Assembly: GCA_043228905.1 (NCBI GenBank)
Contig: JBHGNT010000017.1
Coordinates: forward strand, 3,782,001 to 3,846,000
Length of the DNA: 64,000 nt
Reading direction: 5' to 3'
Origin: Azolla caroliniana
Taxonomy: Eukaryota; Plantae; Polypodiophyta
The notes under the pieces are model-generated. The model saw only the letters and a program-made list of their open reading frames with translations, made no database searches and was not told the DNA's origin. The position numbers were made by a program, and so were the translations under genes. How positions within the stretch are numbered: the stretch's first letter is position 1; every line of letters begins with the position of its first letter. Shown piece after piece: positions 47,978 to 60,026 of the stretch.

Positions 47978-49753
47978 AAAACTGTGTTAATCCTTAGGGC
48001 CGAACAATGGCCTGACAGAGGGTGTCTACGGAAGACACTTCACCAAAGGGGTGTTACGACGAGATAACTTAAGACACAACGATTAATTAGACTTTATTGG
48101 CTACTTAGCAATATGGCATTAAATTCGATACATGCGTAAGATAGAACAATTAGTACAGAACGGTAATCAACCCTTAAAGATAAAACAAGAAGCTCTATTA
48201 ATTATCCGTCAAAGTTTACATTGTAACCGGGCCTTTATATAGGTCACCGGTGCTGAGTACAAAACGGTGCCAACCGGCACCTGTTCGGAACCGGTCCGGA
48301 TTCGGATCGGCATACTAATTCCGGTCCGTCTGTTCACGTCCCACTATTCTACTTAATAAAAATAGATTCCGAATAACAATCCCTTTCACATTCTGGTCTT
48401 TAACTTCTTTGTCGGCCGGGTAACAAAGGATCTATTAGGGTTTTGTCCCTCCTAATGGAAGAAGTTGGCAATCGAATTGGAGGAGTCAACAAGTCGAATT
48501 CAAGATGGTCGATTAGATCGACCAGAGAGTCGACTAACTAGAGGAAATGGAGAGTCGACTGTATTGGATGAATGATCCAAGTGAAAGACCAGGTGAACTA
48601 GTCGAGCCGACCGGATGGTTGATGAGAAAGTCTGTTAGTCGGATCGATTGGATAATCAATATAGGAGTCGGCTAGTCGGATTGACTAGACTGTTGACTTG
48701 TGGGTCCGACAGTCGAGTCGACCAGTCAGTTGATTAAGGGCTATTATTATTAATGTCTAATAATAACTTATTCCCATTTATAAATATGGGGAACTACGGC
48801 AAACTTTTATGGTGGTGATAGTGTACAATTGCAGAAAAATGTAGAGCTGAAAGAAAGTAACAGAGTGTAGGGAGCGACAAGAGAGAGTGAGTGATTTTTC
48901 ATCAAACCCTAAGCGGTGATACTCTGTTCATAAGAGTCATTGTAATCTGATTTTCCTCTTGTATCTCTGATAGTTGGCTCGTGGCATTTTCCTATTTTAG
49001 GGTTTTCCAAGTAAACCTGGTGTACTGTGTATTCTTTCTATATTTTGTGTTTTGTTTTGTACATTCAGTCTATCTTTCTCGTCTGCCTACGGTTCTGACC
49101 TCAACAAACGGGTATTAGAGCTTTTAGGTGCAAGATGGAAGGAGGTATGAGCAGTTTTCTAGGAATGATAGTCCTGAACTCACACAACTACTCAGACTGG
49201 AAGATCAAGATGGGAGATCTTCTGATGGTCAAAGATTTGTATGAAGCCATAAATAGAAGTGAAATACCCACAGGGGTATTGGAGTCTGAGTGGAAACTCC
49301 TAAACAGGAAGGTGGTCGCCACCATTAGAAATTGTGTTGACGTGAGTGTGCTACAAGATGTGGCTAACGACACAAACGCCTATGAAATGTGGCATAAACT
49401 GTCAAGGTTGTACAAGAGGAAAAACGCCTTCAACAAAGCCTCTCTGATGAGAAAGATAGTAAGACTAAAGTATAGAGATGGAGAAAGCATAGTAGTACAC
49501 AACAACACCTTGATGGGGTTAGTAAATTAGCTTGCGACAACCAAGTTTCCCCTAGACGATGCTCTACAGGTTCTGTTGTTGTTGTGTACTTTTCCGGATA
49601 GTTAGGAGAACCTGGTGGTGTCTCTCAGTGCCTCGTGCCATGAAGAAAACTTGTCTTTACAAGTGGTAAAGACAAGCATCCAAAACGAGAGACAAGACGG
49701 AAGGACAAGGGTGTCCTATCCCAGTCGGAGGCAAATGTGGCACAACATTCTGA

Positions 49754-50286
49754 TGTCGTGAAGATTTTCGTCCATAGGTGAAAACCGGGGTGGAAAGGGC
49801 AAGTCGGTGGTGTGCAACATGTGCACACGTATACTAGGAAATGGTGTATAGAAATAAGAGGGGAAATTTTATCCCACATTGTAAGGTCCCTCCCTCCTTG
49901 GGCTATAAAAGGAAGGGAGGGGTCACTTATGAAGGGTTGCCCATTTTTGCATTCGTAGGGTATACCGTTGGATCAAGAGACATCATCTCTTCCTCTTCCT
50001 CTTCGTCGTTCTGTGTATCGAGCCGGGACTTCTAGTGTTTCTGTTTGCTGCCCCGTCCCCTGTGCAAGGCCCCGCTCGGCGCAACAAGCCTGAGAACTCC
50101 CTGACCGGTGGCTTGGCAGTAGACAACTATTGCAACCTGAGCTACTTAGGTCAGGCTTGATGCCAGTATTGTATCTTAATCTTGTAATATATGTGTGGAG
50201 GGTTCTGCGTATCGGTGTCTGTGTGGGTGTTTTGGCGTCCTCTTACCTCTGTTTCTGTACATAAGGGCGTGAGTAGGGTCTGCGTG

Positions 50287-50317
<31 letters not shown>

Positions 50318-50477
50318 TCGGTGTCAAGCGTGTTTTCTCTCTCTTGCTCTCTCTTTCTCTCTCTCGTTCGGTTGCTTCCGGAACGCGTTCGGAATCGTCA
50401 TCTCGGCTTCCCTTCTTCCCTAGTCCGAGACCCCCGTGGTCCCGCCCTTTTACATGCACGCGCGAAACTTCGCGACA
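49754..50477 (+). mobile_element. Solo LTR B (724 bp), G2-related
   Basis: Termini TGTCGTGAAGA...CGCGACA. TATA at ~49903. Shares the 18-mer cgagacccccgtggtccc (50426-50443) with the G2 LTR. TSD CCGG on the right, decayed CTGA on the left. Confidence 0.85.
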
Positions 50478-52189
50478 CCGGTAGAGGAAGAATCAAGCAA
50501 AGAAGTCCACAAAAGAGAGACAAGTCTCATGCCAGGTCCAAGTCCAGAGGAAATCTCACTTTAAACGATGTTGAACCCAAAAAGATTTTTGAGGAGAAGG
50601 GCACTTTAACCGTGGCTATAAGTGAAGAAGAGCTTATGTTCATTTGCGAGCAAGTGAGTGTAAACCTTGCAAATGAAGAGTGCACTTGGGTGATAGACTC
50701 CGGTGCATCATTCCATTTAACTCCCTCGAGAGAATGTTTTTCATCTTACACAACCAGTGACTATGGTTGTATAAAGATGGGAGATAATGGAGCATGCAAG
50801 ATAGCCGACATCGGAAGTGTATGTCTGACAACATCGACTAGTTGTAGACTAATCCTAAGTGATGTTCAACATGTGCCCGATATCAGACTGAATCTAATAT
50901 TGATTGGAAGATTGGACAATGAAGGCTACAATGGTAGTTTTCAAAGTGGTATGTGGAAGTTCTGTAAAGGAAGTCTCATAGTGGCTCGAGGACAGAAACA
51001 AGGCACACTATATGTGATGCATGCCAAGTTGTGCAAGGATGAAGCAAATATGGTTGCCGATTCAGACAGTGAGTTGTGACATAAGAGGCTTGGTCACATG
51101 AGCGAGAGAGGCATGCATATTCTGGCCGATAAGAAACTTCTTCTGGAAGTAAAATGGGTGCACTTGGAGAAATGTGTCGACTGCCTAGTCGGAAAACAAA
51201 ACAGAGCTGCATTTAACTAAAGTCCACAAAGAAGAAGAGAATGTTCTCTAGAACTTGCCCACATTGATGTATGTTACGTGGATGCTCCATCACAACGCGG
51301 TGGACAATATTTTGTAACATTCATTGACGATTGCAGTAGAAAGTTGTGGGCTTTTGTACTAAAGTCAAAGGACCAAGTGATGTCGGTTTTTAAGGAATTT
51401 CAGGCTAGAGCTGAAAGAGAATCTGGAAGAAAGTTGAAGGATGTTCGGACCAACAATAGTGGCGAGTACAAAGGATAGTTTGAGGAGTATTGCAAGACAC
51501 AAGGCATAAGACTCGAATATATAGTGCCTAAGACCCCCGAATAGAATGTTGTTGGAGAGAGGATGAATCGAACAATAATGCAAAAAGTGAGGAGCATGTT
51601 GTCACATGCAAAGCTTCCAAAGTCATATTTGGGCTGAAGTTATGCGGACAACAATCTAGATCTGATTAATAGATCTCCCTTAGTGCCCCTGAAAGGCGAT
51701 GTCCCACAACAGGTATAGACAAGTAAAGATTGTTGAGAGACAAGCTCAACATCGGCCGGATCGGTTGAAGAAGCCGAGGACCGGATCGGTTGGGACCGAT
51801 CGGTTAGGCCGAGTGCATAAACCGGGAGGCCGTTAGGAAAGATATTCCGTGAGGAATATATTTGGGAGTTAGTGTAGGAGCTCTTGATGAGCATTGAAGT
51901 ACTGTCAGTACTTCGGTCAGTCCTTCTAGGACTTGTATAAAAGTGCTCACTGAGCACGTCTTATGTACAGATTGAGTATTATTGTTGAATATAGTTTTTT
52001 GTGCTTTCTCTCTCTGTCTCTCCCGAGTATACTGCGTAAGCTCAAGCTCTCCATTGAACCTGAGTTTCCTTCCTTCTGTTCGGTCTTCATACTTGCTTCC
52101 GCACGTTACTTTTTATATGGTATCAGAGCGCGAGGGTTGAGAACCTCTCTGCAACCAACACAGCTTGACGAAGAAGAACAAGAAGAACG

Positions 52190-55100
52190 ATGGATAAAGG
52201 CATGGCGAGCTCGCTTCCAACAGAGAAGCTCGACAGAACCAACTACGCGTCTTGGTCCTACAAGATGCACCAGTACCTGCTCGGCCACGGCTACTGGAGT
52301 TATGTCGAAGGAGCTAATGACGCGGCACCCGAATCGACACACAGAGACTTTCCGTCGTGGGAGCAATCGACGAGCAGGGTATTATACTGCTTCGCGTCGT
52401 GTGTGGGCGAACAACTATTGAGCTATGTTTGGGATGCAAAGACGCGGAAGGGTGCGTGGGAAAATCTGAAGAAGATCTTCGCCGCGAGCACCACAGCCAG
52501 GAAGCTTCAGCTCCGACAGGAGTTGAGCAACCTACGACAACGCGACTTGTCGGTGGCGGACTATACCTCGAAGATCAAGGATATCTGCGACTCCCTCGCC
52601 TCCATAGAGGTGAACATCGAGGAGAGCGAGATGGTCCAGATCTGTCTCGGAGGTTTGGCATCGAAGTTCGGAGCGTTCCGAACGGCTGTGTGTACCCGGG
52701 AGAATACGCCGTCCTTTTTCGACTTACAGTCGATGCTCCTGGTAGAGGAGAACCACGCGGGTGCGTCTACAAGCACGCACACCGACATCAGAATGTTGTA
52801 CACGGAGGGAGATAGGCCCCGTGGACGTGGAGGACGAGGCGAGTCGGCATGCAATGGAGGCGGCCGACAAGATCAAGAAAGAAGGCACCAAAGTGATGCC
52901 GACAGCAACTCCAGACCCTCCGGAAACAGGGGGAGTCGAAGCGATGAGAACCGGCAAGGGAAGTCCATCGCGGAGTGCTGGTACTGTGGCAAGAAAGGCC
53001 ACAAGGAAAGTGAGTGCTGGAAGAAGCGCGCCGATTCAGAGAGAACTGGTTCCGGGAACGGCTCCAAACATACCGACAAGGGAAATCGCCAGCGATCGCA
53101 CTACGCCGAAGACTCCAGGAGAGCCGGAGAAGGGACTGCCTTCGTCACGAGACACGAAGCAAACTCAATGAAGCAGACCACCCCGAGATCGGACGAGGTG
53201 TGGTACGTAGACTCCGGCGCGTCAAACCACATGACGAGCCATAAGGAGTGGTTCTCGTACCTTGAAAAACCGAGACAACCTGGAGTAGTCGCAACAGGAG
53301 ACGACACTCCGCATCCGATCGCGAATGTCGGAGAAGTTCCCCTTAGCCATGTCGGGCAGAAAGGGAAACTCATGAACGTGCTGCACGTTCCGACAATCAC
53401 GAAAAACTTGGTCTTGGTCGGACAGATCGTCGACCAAGGGATGGAGGTTCGGTTTACACACCTCGGGTGCTTCATTGAGGAAGAAGGCCGTGTGATTGCG
53501 CAAGGGCGCAGAGACAGGAGGATGTTCATCCTCGACTCCACTGACGGCGGCACCGCAATGTTCGCGAAGGGACAAAAGACGGAGTCGGACATCGACTTGT
53601 GGCACAAGCGGATAGGCCACGTCAACCACCAACAGCTTCAAGATCTGCAATCGAAACAGGTAGTGTTCGGATTGCCCAAATTTAGTGGCCGAAAGGCACA
53701 AATTTGTGAAGCCTGCCAGCTCGGGAAGCAACATCGACTTCCCTTCCCCAATGAGCGAAACCGGAGCCGGAACAAACTCGACCTTATACACTCCGATGTG
53801 TGGGGGCCGGCACAAAATGTTTGTCTTGGCGGTGTCGTAGTGTAGGTTGCACACTATGTGGAAATTATATTTTTGTCCCAACTCACGCAACGATCCGGAG
53901 CCGAAAGGCACGACAGCGGGAGCCGATATTTCGTCTCCTTCATCGACGACCACACGAGGCACACGTGGATCTACCTCATTGAGAGGAAGAGCGAAGTCTT
54001 CGACTGTTTCCGGGACCTCAAAGGGTTCGTGGAAACCGAAACGGGACGAAAGATCAAGTGCCTGCGGTCGGATGGCGGGAAATAGTACTTTTCAGGTCAA
54101 TTCAACGAAATGGGAATTCGCCGCGAATTCAGTTGTAGATACACACCGGAGCATAACGGCGTGGCCAAGAGAAAGAATCGGTCGATTGTGGAAGCGGCAC
54201 AGGCAATGCTGGAAGAGAAGAGCTTGCCCAAGTTCTACTGGGCCGAGGCGGTAAGGAACGCGGTATACATCCAGAACCGGATTGGAGACAAAGTGTCGGC
54301 GCACGACCTGTATTTCGGAACGAAGCCGAACTTGCGACACTTGAGGGTGTTCGGTAGCATTGCGTATGTGCATGTACCGAAGGAGAAAAGGAGGAAGTTG
54401 GACGCAAAGGCCGAGAAGTGCATCTTGGTCGGTTACTCGGACGAGCAGAAGGGTTATAAGTGCTATAACCCTCGCACCAAACAAGCGTGTGTCAATCGCG
54501 ACGTGGTGTTTGACGAGTCCGCGTCCTGGTACCTGCCCCCGACTACGAACCTAGACTCCAACCCGAGTTCTGACGATGAGGTCAGCGAGGCCGAGATGCC
54601 TCCGGATGAGCCCGAAATCAAGACCTGCGAAGAGAGTCCGATTTCACTCCAGTTAAGTGGACCGATTGGACGACTGGGTCAGTATGACCAGTCCGATGAA
54701 GAGCTAGCGAGTAGTGGAGACTCGGTCGTGCATTCCCCGCGTAGGAAGCCGAGGAGACGGCTTACGCGCAAAGAAAAAGGGAAGAAGAAGGTGTCAGATT
54801 CCGGCACGGATAGGAATGAGTCAGACCGACGCGAGTCCGACTCCGAGGGAACCGGTGACGGGTCTTTAAAGATGAAGACCGCGTCGACCGAGAAGGCCTC
54901 GACATCGGCTAATGTGAGATTACGCCGATCTACCTGCCAGAAGAATCCTGTTTTGCGGTTCGGATACAACGAGTACATGGCGCATCATTATGCGTACATG
55001 ACCCATGTAACGGAAGTGCGTGAGCCGGAGAGCTACGCAGAAGCGGCGAAGGACGCGAATTGGCGCGCCGCGATGGAGGAAGAGATGCACGCATTGGCGG

Positions 55101-57060
55101 AGAACGAGACCTGGGACCTGGTTGACGCACCGAAGGGGGTAAAACCGATCGGGTGTAGGTGGGTGTACAAGGTCAAGTACAACACCGATGGCTCGGTCAA
55201 CCGGTACAAGGCTCGGCTAGTGGCAAAGGGCTACGCGCAGAAACACGGCATCGACTACGATGAGATGTTTGTGTCGGTCACGAAAATGACGATCGTCCGT
55301 GTTTTGCTCACAGTAGCTGCGGTGAAGGGGTGGCACTTACATCAGATGGATGTAAAGAATGCGTTCCTGCAAGGTGACCTTGAGGAACAAGTGTACATGG
55401 TACAGCCCCCCGGATGTCACTCCGGAACGAATTCCCCGGCAGTATGCCGACTGAAGAAGTCCCTTTACGGACTGAAGCAAGCCCCGCGTGCCTGGAACGC
55501 GAAGATCACGCAACAACTGCGTCGGATGGGCTTCGTCACGTCAAAATCGGACTCTTCCCTGTTCATCCGGAAAGGTCGACTCGGACCGGTTAGTATTTTA
55601 CTATATGTTGATGACTTGGTCATCACCGGCGCCGACCTAGGTGAAATCGACCGCGTGAAGCTCCAGCTTGCGGCATCGTTCGACATGAAGGATCTGGGGG
55701 ACCTTCATTACTTCCTCGGGATCGAAGTGATCCGTACCCTCGAAGGCATATTGATCAGCCAACGTCATTACGTGCTGAGTATGCTCTTCAAATTCGGGAT
55801 GGCCGATTGTAAGTCCGTCTCAACTCCTTTGGACAGAGCCGTCAAGCTTCGTCCCGATACGAGAAAGGTATGCGACCCGACGAGGTTCCGAAAAATTGTC
55901 GGAAGCCTTATATACTTGACCATCACCCGACCCGACCTCAGTTATCCGGTCGGGGTGATCAGTCAGTTCATGGCGCGACCTACCAAGGAGCACCTTCAGT
56001 GTGCGCAACGCATACTTCGGTATGTCAACGACACTAAGGACCGGGGACTGCTATATCGGACCGGTGCAGCCACGCGGTTAGTCGGCTACACCGATGCTGA
56101 TTGGGCTGGCAATGCCGCCGATCGCCGATCCACGTCCAGATACGCGTTCTCCCTCGAGAGTGCCGCGATCGCGTGGTGTAGTAAGAAGCAGCCGACAGTT
56201 GCTCTGTCGAGCACCGAAGCTGAGTACTGAGGAGCGGCTGTCGCGACATGCGAAGCCATATGGTTGAAGCGGCTACTTAAGGACCTGCAAGAGGAGGTGA
56301 CCGATCCAACGACGATCTACTACGACAACCTCAGCAGCATCCAACTCGCGAAAAACCCCGTCTTCCACGCACGGACCAAGCACATTGAGGTGCACTACCA
56401 TTTCGTCCGTGAGCGTGTCCTTTCCGGTGAAGTCGAACTTCAGTACGTTCCGACGGATCGGCAGACTGCCGACATCTTCACCAAGCCTCTTGGTCTGGAC
56501 AAGTTGCGGCAATTCTCAGGTGCGCTCGGGTTGCGTCACCTTGACGTGCCGAACTTGAGGGGGAGAACAGCCCCGAACGACCAAGCAAGGCAACAGGAAA
56601 GGAGCGGACACCGCAACACCGAGTCGGTTGACAAGTTCGACAACGGATCGGCTGAAGAAGCCGAGGGCGGACCCGCGGAAAAGTTCGGAAGTGGACAGAA
56701 GGGGAGCAACCGAAGGAGAGAGCCGAATCCAACCACGCATGAGGAGGATGACGCCATCGAGGGCGAGAAGATCGAAGACGAGTTGGAGACAACCAACTCG
56801 GACGAGAGCGAAGACCGATCGGAGGTAGCCGAGTCGGTTCGGATGTTTGATTCAGATACGCTGAATCAATTAAGGTCCAAGCGGAAGAAAAGGCAGCAGA
56901 AGAAGCGTTAACACCGCAACAACAGAAGAGCTGATGAGGGCCACATGAGCAGACAAGCCGACCGGAAGGGTCAAAGCGTGCGAAGTCGAACAGGTCGAGG
57001 AGCGCGAGCGAGGCGAGAAGCCAGGAGGAACCGGTGCTGTGAAGATCCCGAAGAGCCTTA
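52190..57060 (+). pseudogene. C3 gag-pol with a charged C-terminal extension, disrupted
   Basis: CWYCGKKGHKESEC; 'WYVDSGASNH'; 'LIHSDVWGP'; 'HQMDVKNAFL'; 'YVDDL'; 'ARTKHIEVHYHFVRE'. Contains stops and an 83-bp insertion. Confidence 0.9.
53833..53915. mobile_element. 83-bp mini element (TGTCGT...ACGACA) with 4-bp TSD GCGG
   Basis: GCGG at 53829-53832 and 53916-53919. Removal restores the integrase sequence 'LGGSRYFVSFIDD'. Confidence 0.88.
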
Positions 57061-60026
57061 AGTTGAGCTTGAGGGGGAGTGTTGAGAGACAAGCTCAACA
57101 TCGGCCGGATCGGCTGAAGAAGCCGAGGACCGGATCGGTTGGGACCGATCGGTTAGGCCGAGTGCATAAACCGGGAGGCCGTTAGGAAAGATATTCCGTG
57201 AGGAATATATTTGGGAGTTAGTGTAGGAGCTCTTGATGAGCATTGAAGTACTGTCAGTACTTCGGTCAGTCCTTCTAGGACTTGTATAAAAGTGCTCACT
57301 GAGCACGTCTTATGTATAGATTGAGTATTATTGTTGAATATAGTTTTTTGTGCTTTCTCTCTCTGTCTCTCCCGAGTATACTGCGTAAGCTCAAGCTCTC
57401 CATTGAACTTGAGTTTCCTTCCTTCTGTTCGGTCTTCATACTTGCTTCCGCACGTTACTTTTTACAAAGATGTGTCCTATCAACATTTGAAAGCGTTCAG
57501 ATGCTTGTCATATATGCATGTTGCTAAGGATCTGAGGTTGAAACTCGACAACAAGTCGAAACCATGCATATTTCTCGGGTATCTAGAGGATGAATTCGGA
57601 TACAGACTGTGGGATCTACTCAACAAGAAAGTAGTGAGGAGTTGGGACATTGTGTTCTTGGAAGACAAGACCATTGAAGATTGGAAACAACAAAAGTCAG
57701 AATCGTCTTCCCAGTCGACTCCCAGTACATTGGACTTAGGACTAGTTGACTCTACACAATCGATTGCTAGGAGACAGCTTGTCGAAACCACCGAATCTGA
57801 ATTAGTCGACTTGGATCAACTGACTAATACATATGAGTTGGAGTCGGTTGACGTACAGAGATTGATTGAGGCATACGAGTTGGAGTCGGGCGAACTTCGG
57901 AAACCGGTTGACATGTATGAACCCGAGTTGAGTGAAGAGTCGACAGATACATCCGAACCTGAGTCGACCATGGGAGGTGGAAGATATCCACTCAGACAAA
58001 GGAGAGCACCCTCTCGATACTCTAGTTAATATGTTCTATTGACTGATGAAGATGAGCCAGAATGTTACGAAGAAGCCATGGCAGATGAGGACAAGGAGAG
58101 ATGGAAGAGTGCAATGCAAGATGAAATGGACTCCTTGCATGAGAATTACACTTATGACTTGCTGGAGCTACCGAAAGGTAAGAGAGCCGAGAAACAAGTG
58201 GGTCTTCAAGCTGAAAAATAGGGAGGATGGAAGCTCACCCAGATACAAGGTCCGATTTGTAGTAAAGGGATTTCAACAAAAGAAGGGGGTCGACTTCGAT
58301 GAGATCTTTGCACTAGTCATAAAGATGACATCCATTGCTGCCAACATGGATTTGGAAATAGAGAAATTGGATGTCAAAACAACATTCTTGCATGGAGAAT
58401 TAGACGAAGAGATCTATATGCAGCAATCCGAAGGTTTTGTGGAGAAAGGAAAAGAGAATCTGGTCTGTCGACTGAGGAAGAGCTTGTATGGTCCAAAGCA
58501 AGCTCCAAGACAATGGTATAAGAAGTTCGAATCCTTCATGTTGGAACATGGGTTCCAAAAGACACAAGCTTATCATTGTGTGTTTGTCAAAAGGTACAAT
58601 GAAGGCGACTTCTTGATTCTCTTGCTATATGTGGATGACATGTTAGTGGTCAGACAAGACACCCAAGATTGTGAGCTTGAAGAAAGCACTAGGCAAGTCG
58701 TTTGCCATGAAAGATCTTGGACCAATCAAAAAAATCCTAGGGATGCACATAGTTCGAGAGAGAACTAAGAATGTGTTATGGTTGTCACAAGAGAAGTATG
58801 TAACTAAAGTTCTAGAAAGATTTAACATGTCGAGAGCAAAACCAGTAGGGTCTACATTGCTGACAAATTGCAAGTTGAATGCTTGACAATGTCTGAAAAA
58901 TGAAAAGGACAAGGCTGAGATGAGGAAAGTGCCATATGCCTCGACCATCGGTAGTTTGATGTATGCTATGGTTTGTACAAGACCAAATATACCATTTGCG
59001 CTCAGAACAATAAGCTGACATATGAGTAATCCAGGAAGAGAACACTGGGCAACTATGAAATGGATACTCTGATATTTGAAAGGCACCTCATGAATTAGGA
59101 ATGAAACAAGAAAAATTCCTACTCCACTATGATAATCAAAGTGCCATACATCTAGCCAAGAACATTGCTTACCACTCCCAGACCAAGCATATACAGAGAA
59201 GGTATCATTGGTTATGAGAGTAGGTGGATGAGGGAGTGTTTACTCTTGAGAAGATCCATACTGATGATAATGGATCCGACATGCTCATGAAAGTCCTACC
59301 TATGGACAGACTCAGAGTTTGTCGAAAGAAAACAGTTTTGTCCCTCCTAATGGAAGAAGTCAGCAATCGAATTGGAGGAGTCGACAAACCGAATTTAGGA
59401 TGGTCGATCGGATCGACCAGAGAGTCAACTTGGTAGTCGATTGACTAGAGGAAATGGAGAGTCGAGTGTATTGGATGAATGGTCCACGTGAAAGACTAGG
59501 TGGACTAGTCGGGCCAACCGGATGGTCGATGATAAAGTCTGCTAGTCGGATTGATTGGATAATCGATATAGGAGTCGGCTAGTCGGATCAACTAGACTGT
59601 CGACTTGTGGGTCGGACAGTCGAATTGACCAGTCGGTTGATTAACAACTATTATTATTAATATCTAATAATAACTTATTCCCATCTATAAATATGGGGAG
59701 CTAGGGCAAACTTTTATGGTGGTGATAGCATGGAGCTGCAAAAAAGCGTAGAGCTGAAAGAAAGTAACAGAGAGTAGGGAGAGGCAAGAGAGAGTGAGTG
59801 ATTTTTCATCAAACCCTAAGTGGTGATACTCTGTTCATAAGAGTCATTGTAATCTGATTTCCTCTTGTATCTTTGATTATCGTGAAGATCTGTTGCCCCG
59901 TGGTTTTTTCTTGTTTTAGGGTTTTCTACGTAAACTTGGTGTACTGTGTATTCTTTCTATATTTTGTGTTTTGTTTTATACATTTTAGTCTATCTTTCTC
60001 ATCTACTTATGGTCCTAACCTCAACA

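Larger units (their letters stand above)
24765..48425 (-). mobile_element. G1: full-length non-chromovirus Ty3/Gypsy (Athila/Tat-superclade-like), with nested Copia C1
   Basis: 441-bp LTRs at 24765-25205 and 47985-48425 (TGTTA...TAACA, about 27 substitutions by eye). TSD AAGGA at 24760-24764 and 48426-48430. Order gag-PR-RT-RH-INT then an extra ORF on the minus strand. Confidence 0.96.
51731..57466 (+). mobile_element. C3: Ty1/Copia nested in C2 integrase
   Basis: 387-bp LTRs at 51731-52117 and 57080-57466 (4 differences seen). TSD AAGAT. PBS TGGTATCAGAGC at 52118-52129. PPT gagggggag at 57071-57079. Confidence 0.96.
48433..60026 (+). mobile_element. C2: older degenerate Tnt1/Tork-like Copia containing solo LTR B and C3
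   Basis: LTRs at 48433-49106 (TG decayed to TA) and 59335-60026 (first bases and PPT deleted). TSD GGATC at 48428-48432 and 60027-60031. Decayed Met PBS at ~49110. gag ATG at 49135; 'WVIDSGASFH' and 'YVDDML'. Confidence 0.92.
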
